The notes below the pieces were generated by a model that worked only from the letters and a program-made list of their open reading frames with translations, ran no database searches and was not told where the DNA came from. DNA of 37,083 nt from Ketobacter sp. (GTDB lineage: Bacteria > Pseudomonadota > Gammaproteobacteria > Pseudomonadales > Ketobacteraceae), in assembly GCA_041626995.1 (NCBI GenBank), contig JBFKSL010000001.1, positions 1 to 37,083 of the forward strand. The letters run 5' to 3'. Position numbers and translations under genes: made by a program. Numbering within the stretch: the first letter of the stretch is position 1; each line of letters starts with the position of its first letter. Shown piece by piece: positions 1-8,289 of the stretch.

Positions 1-141
1 GCCTTGCAGGCAGAGCAACGGAGAGCTGAACAGTTTAGGGAGTCTCAACAGGAGGGCTTATTAACTCAAGCTAAAGGCGTAGGTGAGGCCGCTTTAACTT
101 TCGGCACTGGCGCAACAACTGGGGCGCTTGGGCTATTAACA
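1..141. repeat. Terminal direct repeat, left copy (circular-assembly overlap)
   Basis: Bases 1-141 (GCCTTGCAGG...CTATTAACA) are identical to 36943-37083, and an ORF reads in frame across the junction. Confidence 0.97.
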
Positions 142-1569
142 GGCAATGCCCTTGGTGCCCTTGGTGAACTAACAGGATTTCTTGATCAAGGTGAGGGCGA
201 AAGATTAGGTGAAAGGCTTGCTGGTGAATTTACATACATTCCAGAAACAAAGACAGGTCAAGATATAGTAAAAGGAATAGGCGACTTACTGGCTCCTTTG
301 CCGCCAGTATTGGGAACCGCGCCACTTACAACAGCCGGAGGCTTGACCAGGCTGGCATCAAAGACGCCACCAGCAAAAAGGGCAAAACTAAGTAGGCAGT
401 TAATAGCCGAACAAATACGTGCAGGGAACCCCAACACTGAGTTGGTTACAAAGACACTAACCGAGGCTGGTGAGGTTGTAACAAACAAAACAGCTAAGCG
501 ATCACTTGATATTTTAAAACGCTCAATTGGCGAAGATAGGGCGGTTGGTACTGTTTCTGTGTTGGAAACGATGTCACCAACATCAAAGAAGCAAGTTAAT
601 AAAATGTTAGACATCATAGACAAGGGAAGAATAGACCCTGTTTTCGGTCAAACCAATAGACCGTCTGACATTTTAGGTGATGCAGTTGCCAACAGGGCAA
701 AGGCCATTCACACAATAAACGAAAGAGCCAGTAAGCAAATAGGCTCAATATCGAAGGGGATAGATAAAACCGTTGACATAAGCGCGCCCGTTAACAGGTT
801 TGAGCAACAACTCAGGGACTTGGGAGTTACATTCTCTATCGGTGATGACGGGTGGATCACGCCTGATTTTTCTCGGTCCAGATTTGTCGGCGGCAGTCAG
901 AAGGACCTAACGGTTTTGATTAACAGCCTGAAAAACCCTAAAAAGAAATTTGCAAAGGCGCATGAGCTTAAGAGAGATATAAGGGATAACATAGACTTTG
1001 ACTCCATCGGGCAAAGTCAGTTAAAGGGGCAATCTGAACAAATCCTAAAGGAACTATCCAGAGGTATTGATAATATACTGGATGAAACTTCGCCTAAATA
1101 TAAAAAGGCTAACGAATCCTTTGCTAAAACCGTTGCAATAAAGGACGCATTCGAAAAATTGGCAGGTCGGGACGTTGGAATATTTAACGACCTATCAACC
1201 AAGGCACTAGGCGGCAAGGCTAGAAGATTGGTTTCTAATGCCGAGTCAAGAGTTGGCATAGAACAGCTATTACTTGCAGCAGACGACACGCTTGGTAAAT
1301 TTGGTGTCAAGTTTAAGGACGATATACCAACACTAGGCTATATAGTCAGCCGACTAGAGGATACGTTTAAAATTGAACCACCAAGGTCATTCCAAGGCGG
1401 GATTGAATCAGCTTTAACAAGGGTCGCTCAGGGGCAAGGAGTAGCACAGACAGCCCTAGAAGGGGTTTTGCAAACTGGCAAGAAACTAATTGGCAGGGGC
1501 GATCCAGATTTCGGGAAGAAAATGAGAGCCTTTAGATCTCTAACAAAAAAAGAACAGGGTAAAAAATAA
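1..1569 (+). CDS. DNA transfer/ejection protein (P22 gp16-like position), 3' part; the true start is ATG 36772 across the circular join (about 579 aa)
   Basis: 36772 to 36943 is 57 codons, in frame with base 1. Helical Ala/Gly/Lys-rich protein, third of three ejection-type genes before the tailspike. Confidence 0.7.
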   Translation, partial: ALQAEQRRAEQFRESQQEGLLTQAKGVGEAALTFGTGATTGALGLLTGNALGALGELTGFLDQGEGERLGERLAGEFTYIPETKTGQDIVKGIGDLLAPLPPVLGTAPLTTAGGLTRLASKTPPAKRAKLSRQLIAEQIRAGNPNTELVTKTLTEAGEVVTNKTAKRSLDILKRSIGEDRAVGTVSVLETMSPTSKKQVNKMLDIIDKGRIDPVFGQTNRPSDILGDAVANRAKAIHTINERASKQIGSISKGIDKTVDISAPVNRFEQQLRDLGVTFSIGDDGWITPDFSRSRFVGGSQKDLTVLINSLKNPKKKFAKAHELKRDIRDNIDFDSIGQSQLKGQSEQILKELSRGIDNILDETSPKYKKANESFAKTVAIKDAFEKLAGRDVGIFNDLSTKALGGKARRLVSNAESRVGIEQLLLAADDTLGKFGVKFKDDIPTLGYIVSRLEDTFKIEPPRSFQGGIESALTRVAQGQGVAQTALEGVLQTGKKLIGRGDPDFGKKMRAFRSLTKKEQGKK

Positions 1570-3797
1570 TGGCATTCACTCAAATAGCGGGTATAGCACC
1601 AAACTTTAGAGACTACAAAAACGATTGGCTGAAAGCTTACGAACCGGGCACGACCGCTCCAAAATTAATGTCGGATAACGACACGGGTTCGCCAACAGTG
1701 GCAAAGTATGAAATAAACGCTGATGGCTTCCCTGTCAGCTCTGGTGGCGCAATTGTAATCCCGCACATAGATGGGGATTACGATCTATGGCTATTCCCTA
1801 CAGAAGCCGAAGCAGACGCAAACGACACAACTAATGCGATTCGATTGGCTGATGATATAGAAAACTATTTAACGAGTTCAACGGTAGGCGACGCTATAGG
1901 CGGATTTGTCACATACGATTTTGACACCGTAACAAACGCCAAAAACGGACAAACGATAGGCGGCGAGACCGTAACATTAGAAGTCGGCGATGTAATACGG
2001 ATAAAAGAAAGGGGTAGCGCGTTATTTGATGTAATAGCGGGAACGGGAACCGCCAACACTTACAACATAATCGCTCATGCCACATTGAATATAAGCTTTT
2101 CGCTTAGAGTGAGTAAGATAATAAAACCTGTTGAATGGGGCGCTATTGATGGACAGGACGCAACTTCGGTTTTACAGGAAATATCATCAAACTTAACATC
2201 ATACACTACAGTTGACTTTGAGAACGCGGAATACTTTTTGTCGGCTTCTGGATTGCCAGCGGACCCTTTTGGTCACAGAATTTTCGATCTTAACAACAAG
2301 GACGGAATAAGATTTATAGGCAACAGAGCAAGAATAAAATGCACTAACCACGATGTTGCGAATAATGGCGGGTTGATGTTTGTTTTTGCTAAGGCTTGTA
2401 ATGACTTTAGTGCATCGGGTTTTGATTTTGACATGTCGTTCACTGGGATAAACACAAGTTCTAGTTTTTACCCTTGGGGTGGGGCTTTCGTTGGTAATGA
2501 CGGAAGTGATGCTGATGCAGGTGGTGTGAGAACCCAAGGTAATTTGAATGGAAATTGGAAGATATCTGATTGTACATTTAAGATGTTTCATCCGTCTGGT
2601 CAATTTGCCCAGTCCGGTACATCATACCTTGGCGATCCGAACAACGGCTTTAAAATATTCCCCATTTCCGTCTTTGGCCCGTTTGATGCCGTAGCATATG
2701 CAAACCAATGCAGAAAGATAACAATAGACAATTGCACATTAAAAGAGGGTGGAAACTCATATGGCTTTTGGACATGGGCGTGGAATGACGTAAGCATAAC
2801 AAATAACACCGCCGAGTCATTTGTGGCAAAACAATCTAACCAGTCAGGAGTCTTTAGTGGCAGGGGTGAACCCTTTATTAGGTATCATCAATTCCACTGC
2901 ACCGGACTAACAGTAATAGGCAACGATTTTAGAGCAAAGCCATGTAGCGAGAGGGTAACTAGCGGCTTTGAGGGCAGCGGGGATTTTATGCACTATAACA
3001 CCAACCTTTTAGGTAATTTCGGACATGGAAAATGCTCGGTATCAGGTAATGTGATAATGCTGGGTAGGGGTGATGATGCGAATGCCGTGAACGACTGGGG
3101 TGTATATTTAATAGCTTACGGCTCAATAAGTGTCGTGGGTAATTCTTTTGACGAGTCACCGGAAACTACAAACGCAAGGGGCGGCAGCGTTGGTATTTAC
3201 TGGAATGCGGAAAGTGTAGGGGGGCAAGGTAACTCAACTCTATCCGTGGTTGGGAATACATGGAATGCCGCTTGTGACTATCAAAACAACATAGTCATAT
3301 CAAATGGAGGCTCAACAAAGGACAATAGAAGACTTAAGCAACTAACGGTAAATGGAAATACCACACTAGGTCAATCGCAGTACTTTGTAAGCATGAGTAA
3401 TACAGGCACCTCTTACGGCGTTCAGGATTTGAAGATTTCTGAAAACCTAATTAGTGGAGAGTTCAACATCTTGTTTGATAAAAACAATACAAACTCAAGG
3501 GCAATTGAAGTGTCTGGATCAGAGACCACCGATATGTGTGATGTGTCTAAAAATGTAATTAGAGGCAAATACTACGGGGTAGAAACAAACAACCACTCAG
3601 GGCGTTTTGTTGCCGACTATAATGAATTTATTGATGTTAATACTCGGTGGGTCGGTGTTATCCCAATAATATCAGACAGAGGGGACAACGCTCCAACCGA
3701 TGCCGCCGCCGATGGCTCTATGTACATCAGGCTGAACGGCATTACCGCCAACGTGCTATACATGCGCGAGGCTGGGGCTTGGCGCGTCGTCGGGTAA
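1569..3797 (+). CDS. Tailspike / receptor-binding protein with N-terminal virion anchor and parallel beta-helix (pectin lyase-like) domain
   Basis: 742 aa; N-terminal head-binding-like segment (YEPGTT...NADGFP), 'WGAIDGQDAT' beta-helix entry motif, repeated Asn/Gly-rich ITNN/VIGN/VSGN/VVGN rungs; last gene of the virion module. Confidence 0.85.
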   Translation: MAFTQIAGIAPNFRDYKNDWLKAYEPGTTAPKLMSDNDTGSPTVAKYEINADGFPVSSGGAIVIPHIDGDYDLWLFPTEAEADANDTTNAIRLADDIENYLTSSTVGDAIGGFVTYDFDTVTNAKNGQTIGGETVTLEVGDVIRIKERGSALFDVIAGTGTANTYNIIAHATLNISFSLRVSKIIKPVEWGAIDGQDATSVLQEISSNLTSYTTVDFENAEYFLSASGLPADPFGHRIFDLNNKDGIRFIGNRARIKCTNHDVANNGGLMFVFAKACNDFSASGFDFDMSFTGINTSSSFYPWGGAFVGNDGSDADAGGVRTQGNLNGNWKISDCTFKMFHPSGQFAQSGTSYLGDPNNGFKIFPISVFGPFDAVAYANQCRKITIDNCTLKEGGNSYGFWTWAWNDVSITNNTAESFVAKQSNQSGVFSGRGEPFIRYHQFHCTGLTVIGNDFRAKPCSERVTSGFEGSGDFMHYNTNLLGNFGHGKCSVSGNVIMLGRGDDANAVNDWGVYLIAYGSISVVGNSFDESPETTNARGGSVGIYWNAESVGGQGNSTLSVVGNTWNAACDYQNNIVISNGGSTKDNRRLKQLTVNGNTTLGQSQYFVSMSNTGTSYGVQDLKISENLISGEFNILFDKNNTNSRAIEVSGSETTDMCDVSKNVIRGKYYGVETNNHSGRFVADYNEFIDVNTRWVGVIPIISDRGDNAPTDAAADGSMYIRLNGITANVLYMREAGAWRVVG

Positions 3798-3887
3798 AAA
3801 CTCGTCAAGTGTGGGTGCAATTTCGCCGTTGCACTCACATTCATAGCAGTACTCAATCCACATCCTTCTAATTTCTTGCTCAGTCAT
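3756..3887 (-). CDS. Small hypothetical protein (43 aa, MTEQEIRRMWIEYCYECECNGEIAPTLDEF...)
   Basis: Below the ORF-track cutoff. ATG at 3887 with GAGGG SD directly after the ninG stop; TAG at 3758-3756 overlaps the tailspike 3' end. Confidence 0.55.
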   Translation of the reverse strand: MTEQEIRRMWIEYCYECECNGEIAPTLDEFLPDDAPSPSLAHV

Positions 3888-3889
3888 TG

Positions 3890-4522
3890 TTAAACCCTCG
3901 GTTTATGCCCTAACTTGCGTATAACTTCACGCTGTTTAATTATAGCTTGTTCTATATCTTGCCAAGCTGGAAATTGCTCTTTCAGTGGCTTGTGGTTATG
4001 TTCACCTTCCAACCAATCTAAATGAGATTGCCCATACTTTTTAACAATAAAATCCCTATACTCTGCCCTCATTCCAGAGCCATATTGATTACATTGTACG
4101 CTACATTGTTTATGTATGTTTGTAGGCTCAAATCGTATGGGGGATACACCGCCACGACCAACAGCTATAAAATGCCCAGCATCATATTTGATATTGGGGT
4201 TAGTTGTCCCGCACGTGCAACAAGGCTCGAATTCATCCCTAATCAATATTTCTTGATTGACTAGTTTTTGCAATTTGTCGAACCATTGTGAGCGCGTCAT
4301 GAGTGCCTTTAATTTCTCCCTGTCCTTCCTCTTTTGCGCCTTCTCACTTTCCTTTAGTTTATTCGCCTGTTTCCTTGCTCGCTTTAACCTATCGGCCTCG
4401 CGCCTCTTCTGGCTCTTTTCTATAGCGCAGGTGTCGCTACAAAAGAAATATTTGGGAGTCTGAACTCCAACAACCTTTCTTTCATACTTGCCACAATTTG
4501 CGCATTTCTTTTTACTGGCCAT
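3890..4522 (-). CDS. ninG: NinG/Rap-family recombination endonuclease
   Basis: N-terminal CxxC...CSxxC, then IRD..PCCTCG, DAGHF, RFEPTNIHKQC..QCN..GSG motifs typical of NinG; likely start ATG 4522 (MASKKKC). Confidence 0.9.
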   Translation of the reverse strand: MASKKKCANCGKYERKVVGVQTPKYFFCSDTCAIEKSQKRREADRLKRARKQANKLKESEKAQKRKDREKLKALMTRSQWFDKLQKLVNQEILIRDEFEPCCTCGTTNPNIKYDAGHFIAVGRGGVSPIRFEPTNIHKQCSVQCNQYGSGMRAEYRDFIVKKYGQSHLDWLEGEHNHKPLKEQFPAWQDIEQAIIKQREVIRKLGHKPRV

Positions 4523-4652
4523 TTTGACCAACCACGAACGGCAATACAAATTGAAGCACTACAGCGGTTGTAATGCCGACAACAAACGAAAACGCGAATA
4601 ATGCACTAATAAACAACAGCGCCCACGTTACAATCTCTTTTACCCTAGCCAT
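4512..4652 (-). CDS. Small membrane protein (46 aa)
   Basis: ATG 4652 with GGGGG SD; long hydrophobic stretch IVTWALLFISALFAFSFVVGITTAVVLQFVLPFVV. Confidence 0.6.
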   Translation of the reverse strand: MARVKEIVTWALLFISALFAFSFVVGITTAVVLQFVLPFVVGQNGQ

Positions 4653-4753
4653 ACTGTTAACCCCCATAAAATAAATGTAGTAATCACAACCCAAACCAAG
4701 GGTTCTTTAAGTAAGTCTTTCATAGTCTTTCTATCGTTAAATCTTCTATTCAT
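4640..4753 (-). CDS. Small single-TM peptide (37 aa, MNRRFNDRKTMKDLLKEPLVWVVITTFILWGLTVWLG)
   Basis: Not in the ORF track. ATGA overlap with the stop of 4750-5214; basic N-terminus followed by a hydrophobic helix. Confidence 0.55.
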   Translation of the reverse strand: MNRRFNDRKTMKDLLKEPLVWVVITTFILWGLTVWLG

Positions 4754-5214
4754 AAATCCCATCCTTGCCAGTTTGGATCTGTCAAAACAAAACCCTTGCC
4801 GCCCATATCTCTAAAAATATTATCCAAGTAAACCCTATTCTGCTTAGAAGTCATTAGCCTGGTTACAGGAAAGTCTATAGGTTCCTGCATTAACAAAAGT
4901 TTATCTTCATAACTCAGTGGTTTGATAATCTTGTCATACTGCAATCTACACGCCTCAGATTCTTCCCGCAGTATAGGCACGCCGTAGTGTAGTTTAAGCG
5001 TTGCACGTACCATTTCAGGTGTTATTTCGGGGTTTAGTTGCTGCATTTGCTCAGTTAGTTCTAAGACCCACTTTCTTTGGAGCCTGTTTTGATTGACTGA
5101 GCGTTTAACGCCATCCACTAACGACACAGTAAACTTCCCCTCTCGCCCCTTGATATGGTTGATTAGTTTAGCCTTGTCCGTGTCGTTGTGAACTGCGAAA
5201 TTAACGGTTTTCAT
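4750..5214 (-). CDS. NinB/Orf-like recombination protein
   Basis: KRSVNQNRLQRKW motif (cf. NinB RSxxQN), C-terminal TRLMTSKQ...YLD..G..LTDP; upstream of ninG. Confidence 0.6.
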   Translation of the reverse strand: MKTVNFAVHNDTDKAKLINHIKGREGKFTVSLVDGVKRSVNQNRLQRKWVLELTEQMQQLNPEITPEMVRATLKLHYGVPILREESEACRLQYDKIIKPLSYEDKLLLMQEPIDFPVTRLMTSKQNRVYLDNIFRDMGGKGFVLTDPNWQGWDL

Positions 5215-5432
5215 TTGTCCATCGGCGCAATAAACAACTCTATTGCACGCTCTATATCATCAATATCCGCCAGTGATTGCTTGTAGTAAACACACTCCCC
5301 ATGATCTTCAATCTCAGCCACTTGTACACCATCCTCGTCAACCGTGTAATGAGCAACAAACCCGTTACTCAACTTGGCATGGTGAAAATCGTTGCACAAG
5401 TCACCTTCCTTTACCTCGATTACCTCAATCAC
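5211..5432 (-). CDS. Hypothetical protein
   Basis: 73 aa ORF overlapping both neighbours in the leftward operon. Confidence 0.65.
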   Translation of the reverse strand: MIEVIEVKEGDLCNDFHHAKLSNGFVAHYTVDEDGVQVAEIEDHGECVYYKQSLADIDDIERAIELFIAPMDK

Positions 5433-5766
5433 TTTTCCGCCCCTCTGCTATATCAGACATGACATCAACCATACATTCGTGCAAAACCTCAGCCGAAAAC
5501 CTGTCTAATTCTTGTTGAATCTCGTAGTTTGACGTAAGCGAAGGAAGCGCCACAACCTTATTAAATATGGCTTTTTCGGTCTTTGTTTTGTTGTTCGCGA
5601 GCATAAGACCGCCGAAAGATATGTATCTCAACACTGCGACTTCATAAGCATAATTAGCAATCTCGGCGCAATCGTGCATTTTCTTATAATGTTTCTCCAC
5701 GACCCACGATTTTGACGTCGCGGGTACGGATAACACAAGCAGCAATAAACAGGTTAATTTTTTCAC
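5425..5766 (-). CDS. Hypothetical exported protein
   Basis: Signal-peptide-like N-terminus MKKLTCLLLLVLSVPATS; AGGAG SD. Confidence 0.7.
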   Translation of the reverse strand: MKKLTCLLLLVLSVPATSKSWVVEKHYKKMHDCAEIANYAYEVAVLRYISFGGLMLANNKTKTEKAIFNKVVALPSLTSNYEIQQELDRFSAEVLHECMVDVMSDIAEGRKSD

Positions 5767-5945
5767 TTTGCTAGCTCCTTATAAATACTCTTAACAATTT
5801 TAGCAGCTTTAACGCCGACAGTATCGTGTTCGGTATGACCCTCTGCGATTAGAGCGCAGGCTATTTGTATGACGTGGTTTATTGTCTCGTTTGAGTAATC
5901 CCCAAGCTTGTCGGATAGCTCTGCAAGCACGCTGCTTTTAATCAT
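5763..5945 (-). CDS. Hypothetical protein
   Basis: 60 aa; 4-nt start/stop overlaps on both sides. Confidence 0.65.
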   Translation of the reverse strand: MIKSSVLAELSDKLGDYSNETINHVIQIACALIAEGHTEHDTVGVKAAKIVKSIYKELAK

Positions 5946-6172
5946 AACATACCCCTTACTTTATCAATTGCTAGTTTAAGATTATCCTCAGTGACAGATG
6001 TTGCAATCTCTACAACCCACTCCCCACAATCCATGCCTTGGCCGTTAACCCTAAGCACATCAAAGTGGCATACATTTATTTGTATAGACATGCTCGGGTA
6101 GCAACCCTTGTTGGCTTGGACCTCGTTAAACTCATAAACCAAACCCACCAATTCTTGTATTAATTCCTTCAT
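5942..6172 (-). CDS. Hypothetical protein
   Basis: 76 aa; SD AAGGGGATAAAC before ATG. Confidence 0.7.
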   Translation of the reverse strand: MKELIQELVGLVYEFNEVQANKGCYPSMSIQINVCHFDVLRVNGQGMDCGEWVVEIATSVTEDNLKLAIDKVRGML

Positions 6173-6196
6173 GTTTATCCCCTTTTTAGTCTACCT

Positions 6197-6439
6197 TTAT
6201 GAAACAGAACTTCTGTTCTGTTCAAAGTGTTTAATAAATTCCTCAAACTTACAGTCAACTGACTCGGCAAGCATGATGCCCTTGAGTATTGTGCAACCAA
6301 TTATGCCCCGTTCAATTTCTGACACATGACCTCGGCCCACACCGCTTAACGTGGAAACTTGTTCCAATGTCTTGTTAGCTGCTTTTCTCTTGGTTTTTAA
6401 CCATGAGCCGAACAACTCTCTGAATAGTTGCTTATCCAT
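6197..6439 (-). CDS. XRE-family helix-turn-helix regulator
   Basis: FGSWLKTKRKAANKTLEQVSTLSGVGRGHVSEIERG is a canonical HTH_3 pattern; no C-terminal peptidase domain. Confidence 0.9.
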   Translation of the reverse strand: MDKQLFRELFGSWLKTKRKAANKTLEQVSTLSGVGRGHVSEIERGIIGCTILKGIMLAESVDCKFEEFIKHFEQNRSSVS

Positions 6440-6446
6440 TTTAAAT

Positions 6447-6692
6447 CTACCTCAATCCGCCCCACGGGTTTGATTTCTTAGGTTCCGATGCTGTTGCTTT
6501 GAAAATCGAATAGCCAGTTTCCCAACTTTCGCCCGTTCTCACTCTGAAAAACTCAAACAAAGTAGATTGAACGCCATCCTCAAACTGAATGCCGCCGTGC
6601 CTTCCTTTTTCCATAAATTCGTCAGGTGAGAAATTCTGGTGTGTTACCTTCTCCCCGCGTTGAATGGCTTTGATTGCTTCACCTTTTAACAC
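6447..6692 (-). CDS. Hypothetical phage protein, first gene of the leftward operon
   Basis: SD AGAGGA 9 nt before GTG 6692; N-terminus KGEAIKAIQRGEKVTH. Confidence 0.7.
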   Translation of the reverse strand: MLKGEAIKAIQRGEKVTHQNFSPDEFMEKGRHGGIQFEDGVQSTLFEFFRVRTGESWETGYSIFKATASEPKKSNPWGGLR

Positions 6693-6726
6693 TGTTAAAA
6701 ATCCTCTATCTAAGTACACTTTCCAA

Positions 6727-6763
6727 CTTTATAGAGAGAATGCCGCTTACTATCTCTATAAAG
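6727..6763. promoter_or_regulatory. Perfect 11-bp hairpin in the leftward leader
   Basis: CTTTATAGAGA-N15-TCTCTATAAAG. Confidence 0.6.
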
Positions 6764-6824
6764 CCCCTATTTGTTCGTAACGCTAAACCCTAAACTTTTG
6801 TGTAGTCGCGTTTCGATGGAGTTA

Positions 6825-6890
6825 ATACTACACGTTATTTTTTATTGTGCAACCTTTTTTGTTGCAAAGTCTGAAATTTTTATTTAATAT
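6825..6890. promoter_or_regulatory. Divergent promoter pair with palindromic operator-like core
   Basis: TGCAAC-CTTTTTT-GTTGCA (6848-6866) holds back-to-back TTGCA -35 boxes; rightward TTGCAA-17-TAATAT (6862-6890), leftward TTGCAC-16-TAGTAT. Confidence 0.6.
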
Positions 6891-6922
6891 GTACTCGTTC
6901 CTTACAAATAAAGGTGTTAATT

Positions 6923-7126
6923 ATGGACTTAGGATTATCGCTAAAGATTGCTTTAGCAAGAAAGAAAATGACTCAAACAGAACTGGCTAATGATTTAGGT
7001 GTTAGTAGACAAATTGTAACCAGGTGGGTGATCACCGGAAACATGCCTAAAAGCAAAATGGCTGAACTGGCAGAGTATTTTGGAATGAAACCGAGCGAGT
7101 TTGTCGCACTGGGAGAGTGGGAATGA
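6923..7126 (+). CDS. Cro-like XRE HTH regulator
   Basis: LKIALARKKMTQTELANDLGVSRQIVTRW; first gene of the rightward replication operon; AAGGTG SD. Confidence 0.9.
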   Translation: MDLGLSLKIALARKKMTQTELANDLGVSRQIVTRWVITGNMPKSKMAELAEYFGMKPSEFVALGEWE

Positions 7127-7572
7127 AATTATTCAAGATAGAAGATCACAATGAATTCAGAGCAAAGGATGGTAAAAAAATAATATACCTCCTCAAGTAT
7201 AAAGGAGAAAACCTATATGTTGGACAGACGGTTGAACTAAAATGCAGGGCAAGGTGGCACAGAAGCTCCTACACAAAAAAGGAGTTTGACGAAATTTATT
7301 ACTATTTTTGTGACGAGTCGGAAGCCAACAATGAAGAGGCAGCATCAATTGTCAAATACAACCCCAAAATAAATGGCAACCTCCCTCCAAATGATGCATA
7401 CATTTCAGCAAAGAAGTTTATGGATCAACTTTTGTGTGAACTAAAAACAAATCACGAAAGTTATAACTTTAGTTACATAGCAAGCCGATGGAACAGCGAT
7501 GCGCTGCCATACATCGATGCGAACAAACTAGAAGATTTAAAACAAGCTTTTAAGCAAATATTAAATAAATAA
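7123..7572 (+). CDS. GIY-YIG family endonuclease
   Basis: IIYLLKYKGENLYVGQT...R..WH, later E...I..YNP.IN; ATGA overlap with the cro-like stop. Confidence 0.8.
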   Translation: MKLFKIEDHNEFRAKDGKKIIYLLKYKGENLYVGQTVELKCRARWHRSSYTKKEFDEIYYYFCDESEANNEEAASIVKYNPKINGNLPPNDAYISAKKFMDQLLCELKTNHESYNFSYIASRWNSDALPYIDANKLEDLKQAFKQILNK

Positions 7573-7620
7573 AAAAGCCCCGCAGCAAACGAGGCAATTT
7601 AAACACACAAGGTAATTATA

Positions 7621-8289
7621 ATGAATAGCTACTTAAAAGTAAAAAACTGGGACGAGTTTCAGCATTACAGCAACCGAACCCCACCATGGATTAAATTACA
7701 CAATAGTTTACTCGATGATTACGAGTTTGAATTACTATCTGATGTAGCGAAAGGGCACCTGCTTTGTATATGGATGCTAGCTAGCAGGACAGGTAACAAA
7801 ATACCCAATAACCCACAATGGATAAAGAAAAAGATAGGGGCTAGCTCAAACGTGGACCTACAAACCTTCTTGGATGCCGGATTTCTTATGCTGCACACCG
7901 GCGAGCAAGATGCTAGCAAGGTGCTACACAATGAGGAGCAGGATGCTACGAACTACGTTCCACCAGAAGAGAAGAGAAGAGAAGAGGAGAAAGATAAAAG
8001 GCCTTTTTTTGATGTGTTTTGGAAAAACTGGATTCATGCAAAAAAACAGATTGGTTTAGGTGGAAATTATGGGGCTAGATCTGACGCATTAAAAAAGTGG
8101 AACACACTCTTTGGAAAGTTGTCTTTTGATGAAATGGAAAAACTAACGGATGACATTGTTGACTTCACCATGCTTGTCTATGGTGACATACTTGAGGCTG
8201 ACTCTGAAAACAGGCAACCAAAGTTTTTTAATTTTAGAAACATGTATCCACAGAAATTTTTAGCTACAAAGGGGTGGGAGAATGAATAG
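7621..8289 (+). CDS. Phage replication initiator (lambda O-like position)
   Basis: KNWDEFQHY...PPWIKLH..LLDD.EF N-terminus of phage initiators; central iterons and EKRREEEK linker; followed by dnaB. Confidence 0.8.
   Translation: MNSYLKVKNWDEFQHYSNRTPPWIKLHNSLLDDYEFELLSDVAKGHLLCIWMLASRTGNKIPNNPQWIKKKIGASSNVDLQTFLDAGFLMLHTGEQDASKVLHNEEQDATNYVPPEEKRREEEKDKRPFFDVFWKNWIHAKKQIGLGGNYGARSDALKKWNTLFGKLSFDEMEKLTDDIVDFTMLVYGDILEADSENRQPKFFNFRNMYPQKFLATKGWENE
7904..7999. other. Putative replication origin (iterons plus purine-rich tract) inside the initiator gene
   Basis: AGCAAGATGCT (7904), AGCAAGGTGCT (7915), AGCAGGATGCT (7937): palindromic AGCA-n3-TGCT in 11-bp register, followed by AGAAGAGAAGAGAAGAGAAGAGGAAAAGATAAAA. 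Confidence 0.65.

Noticed and set aside
1-141. 141-bp repeat as a biological terminal repeat or att site
   Set aside because: It falls mid-gene and its length equals a common assembler k-mer. The TerL type suggests headful packaging, so an assembly overlap is the simpler explanation.
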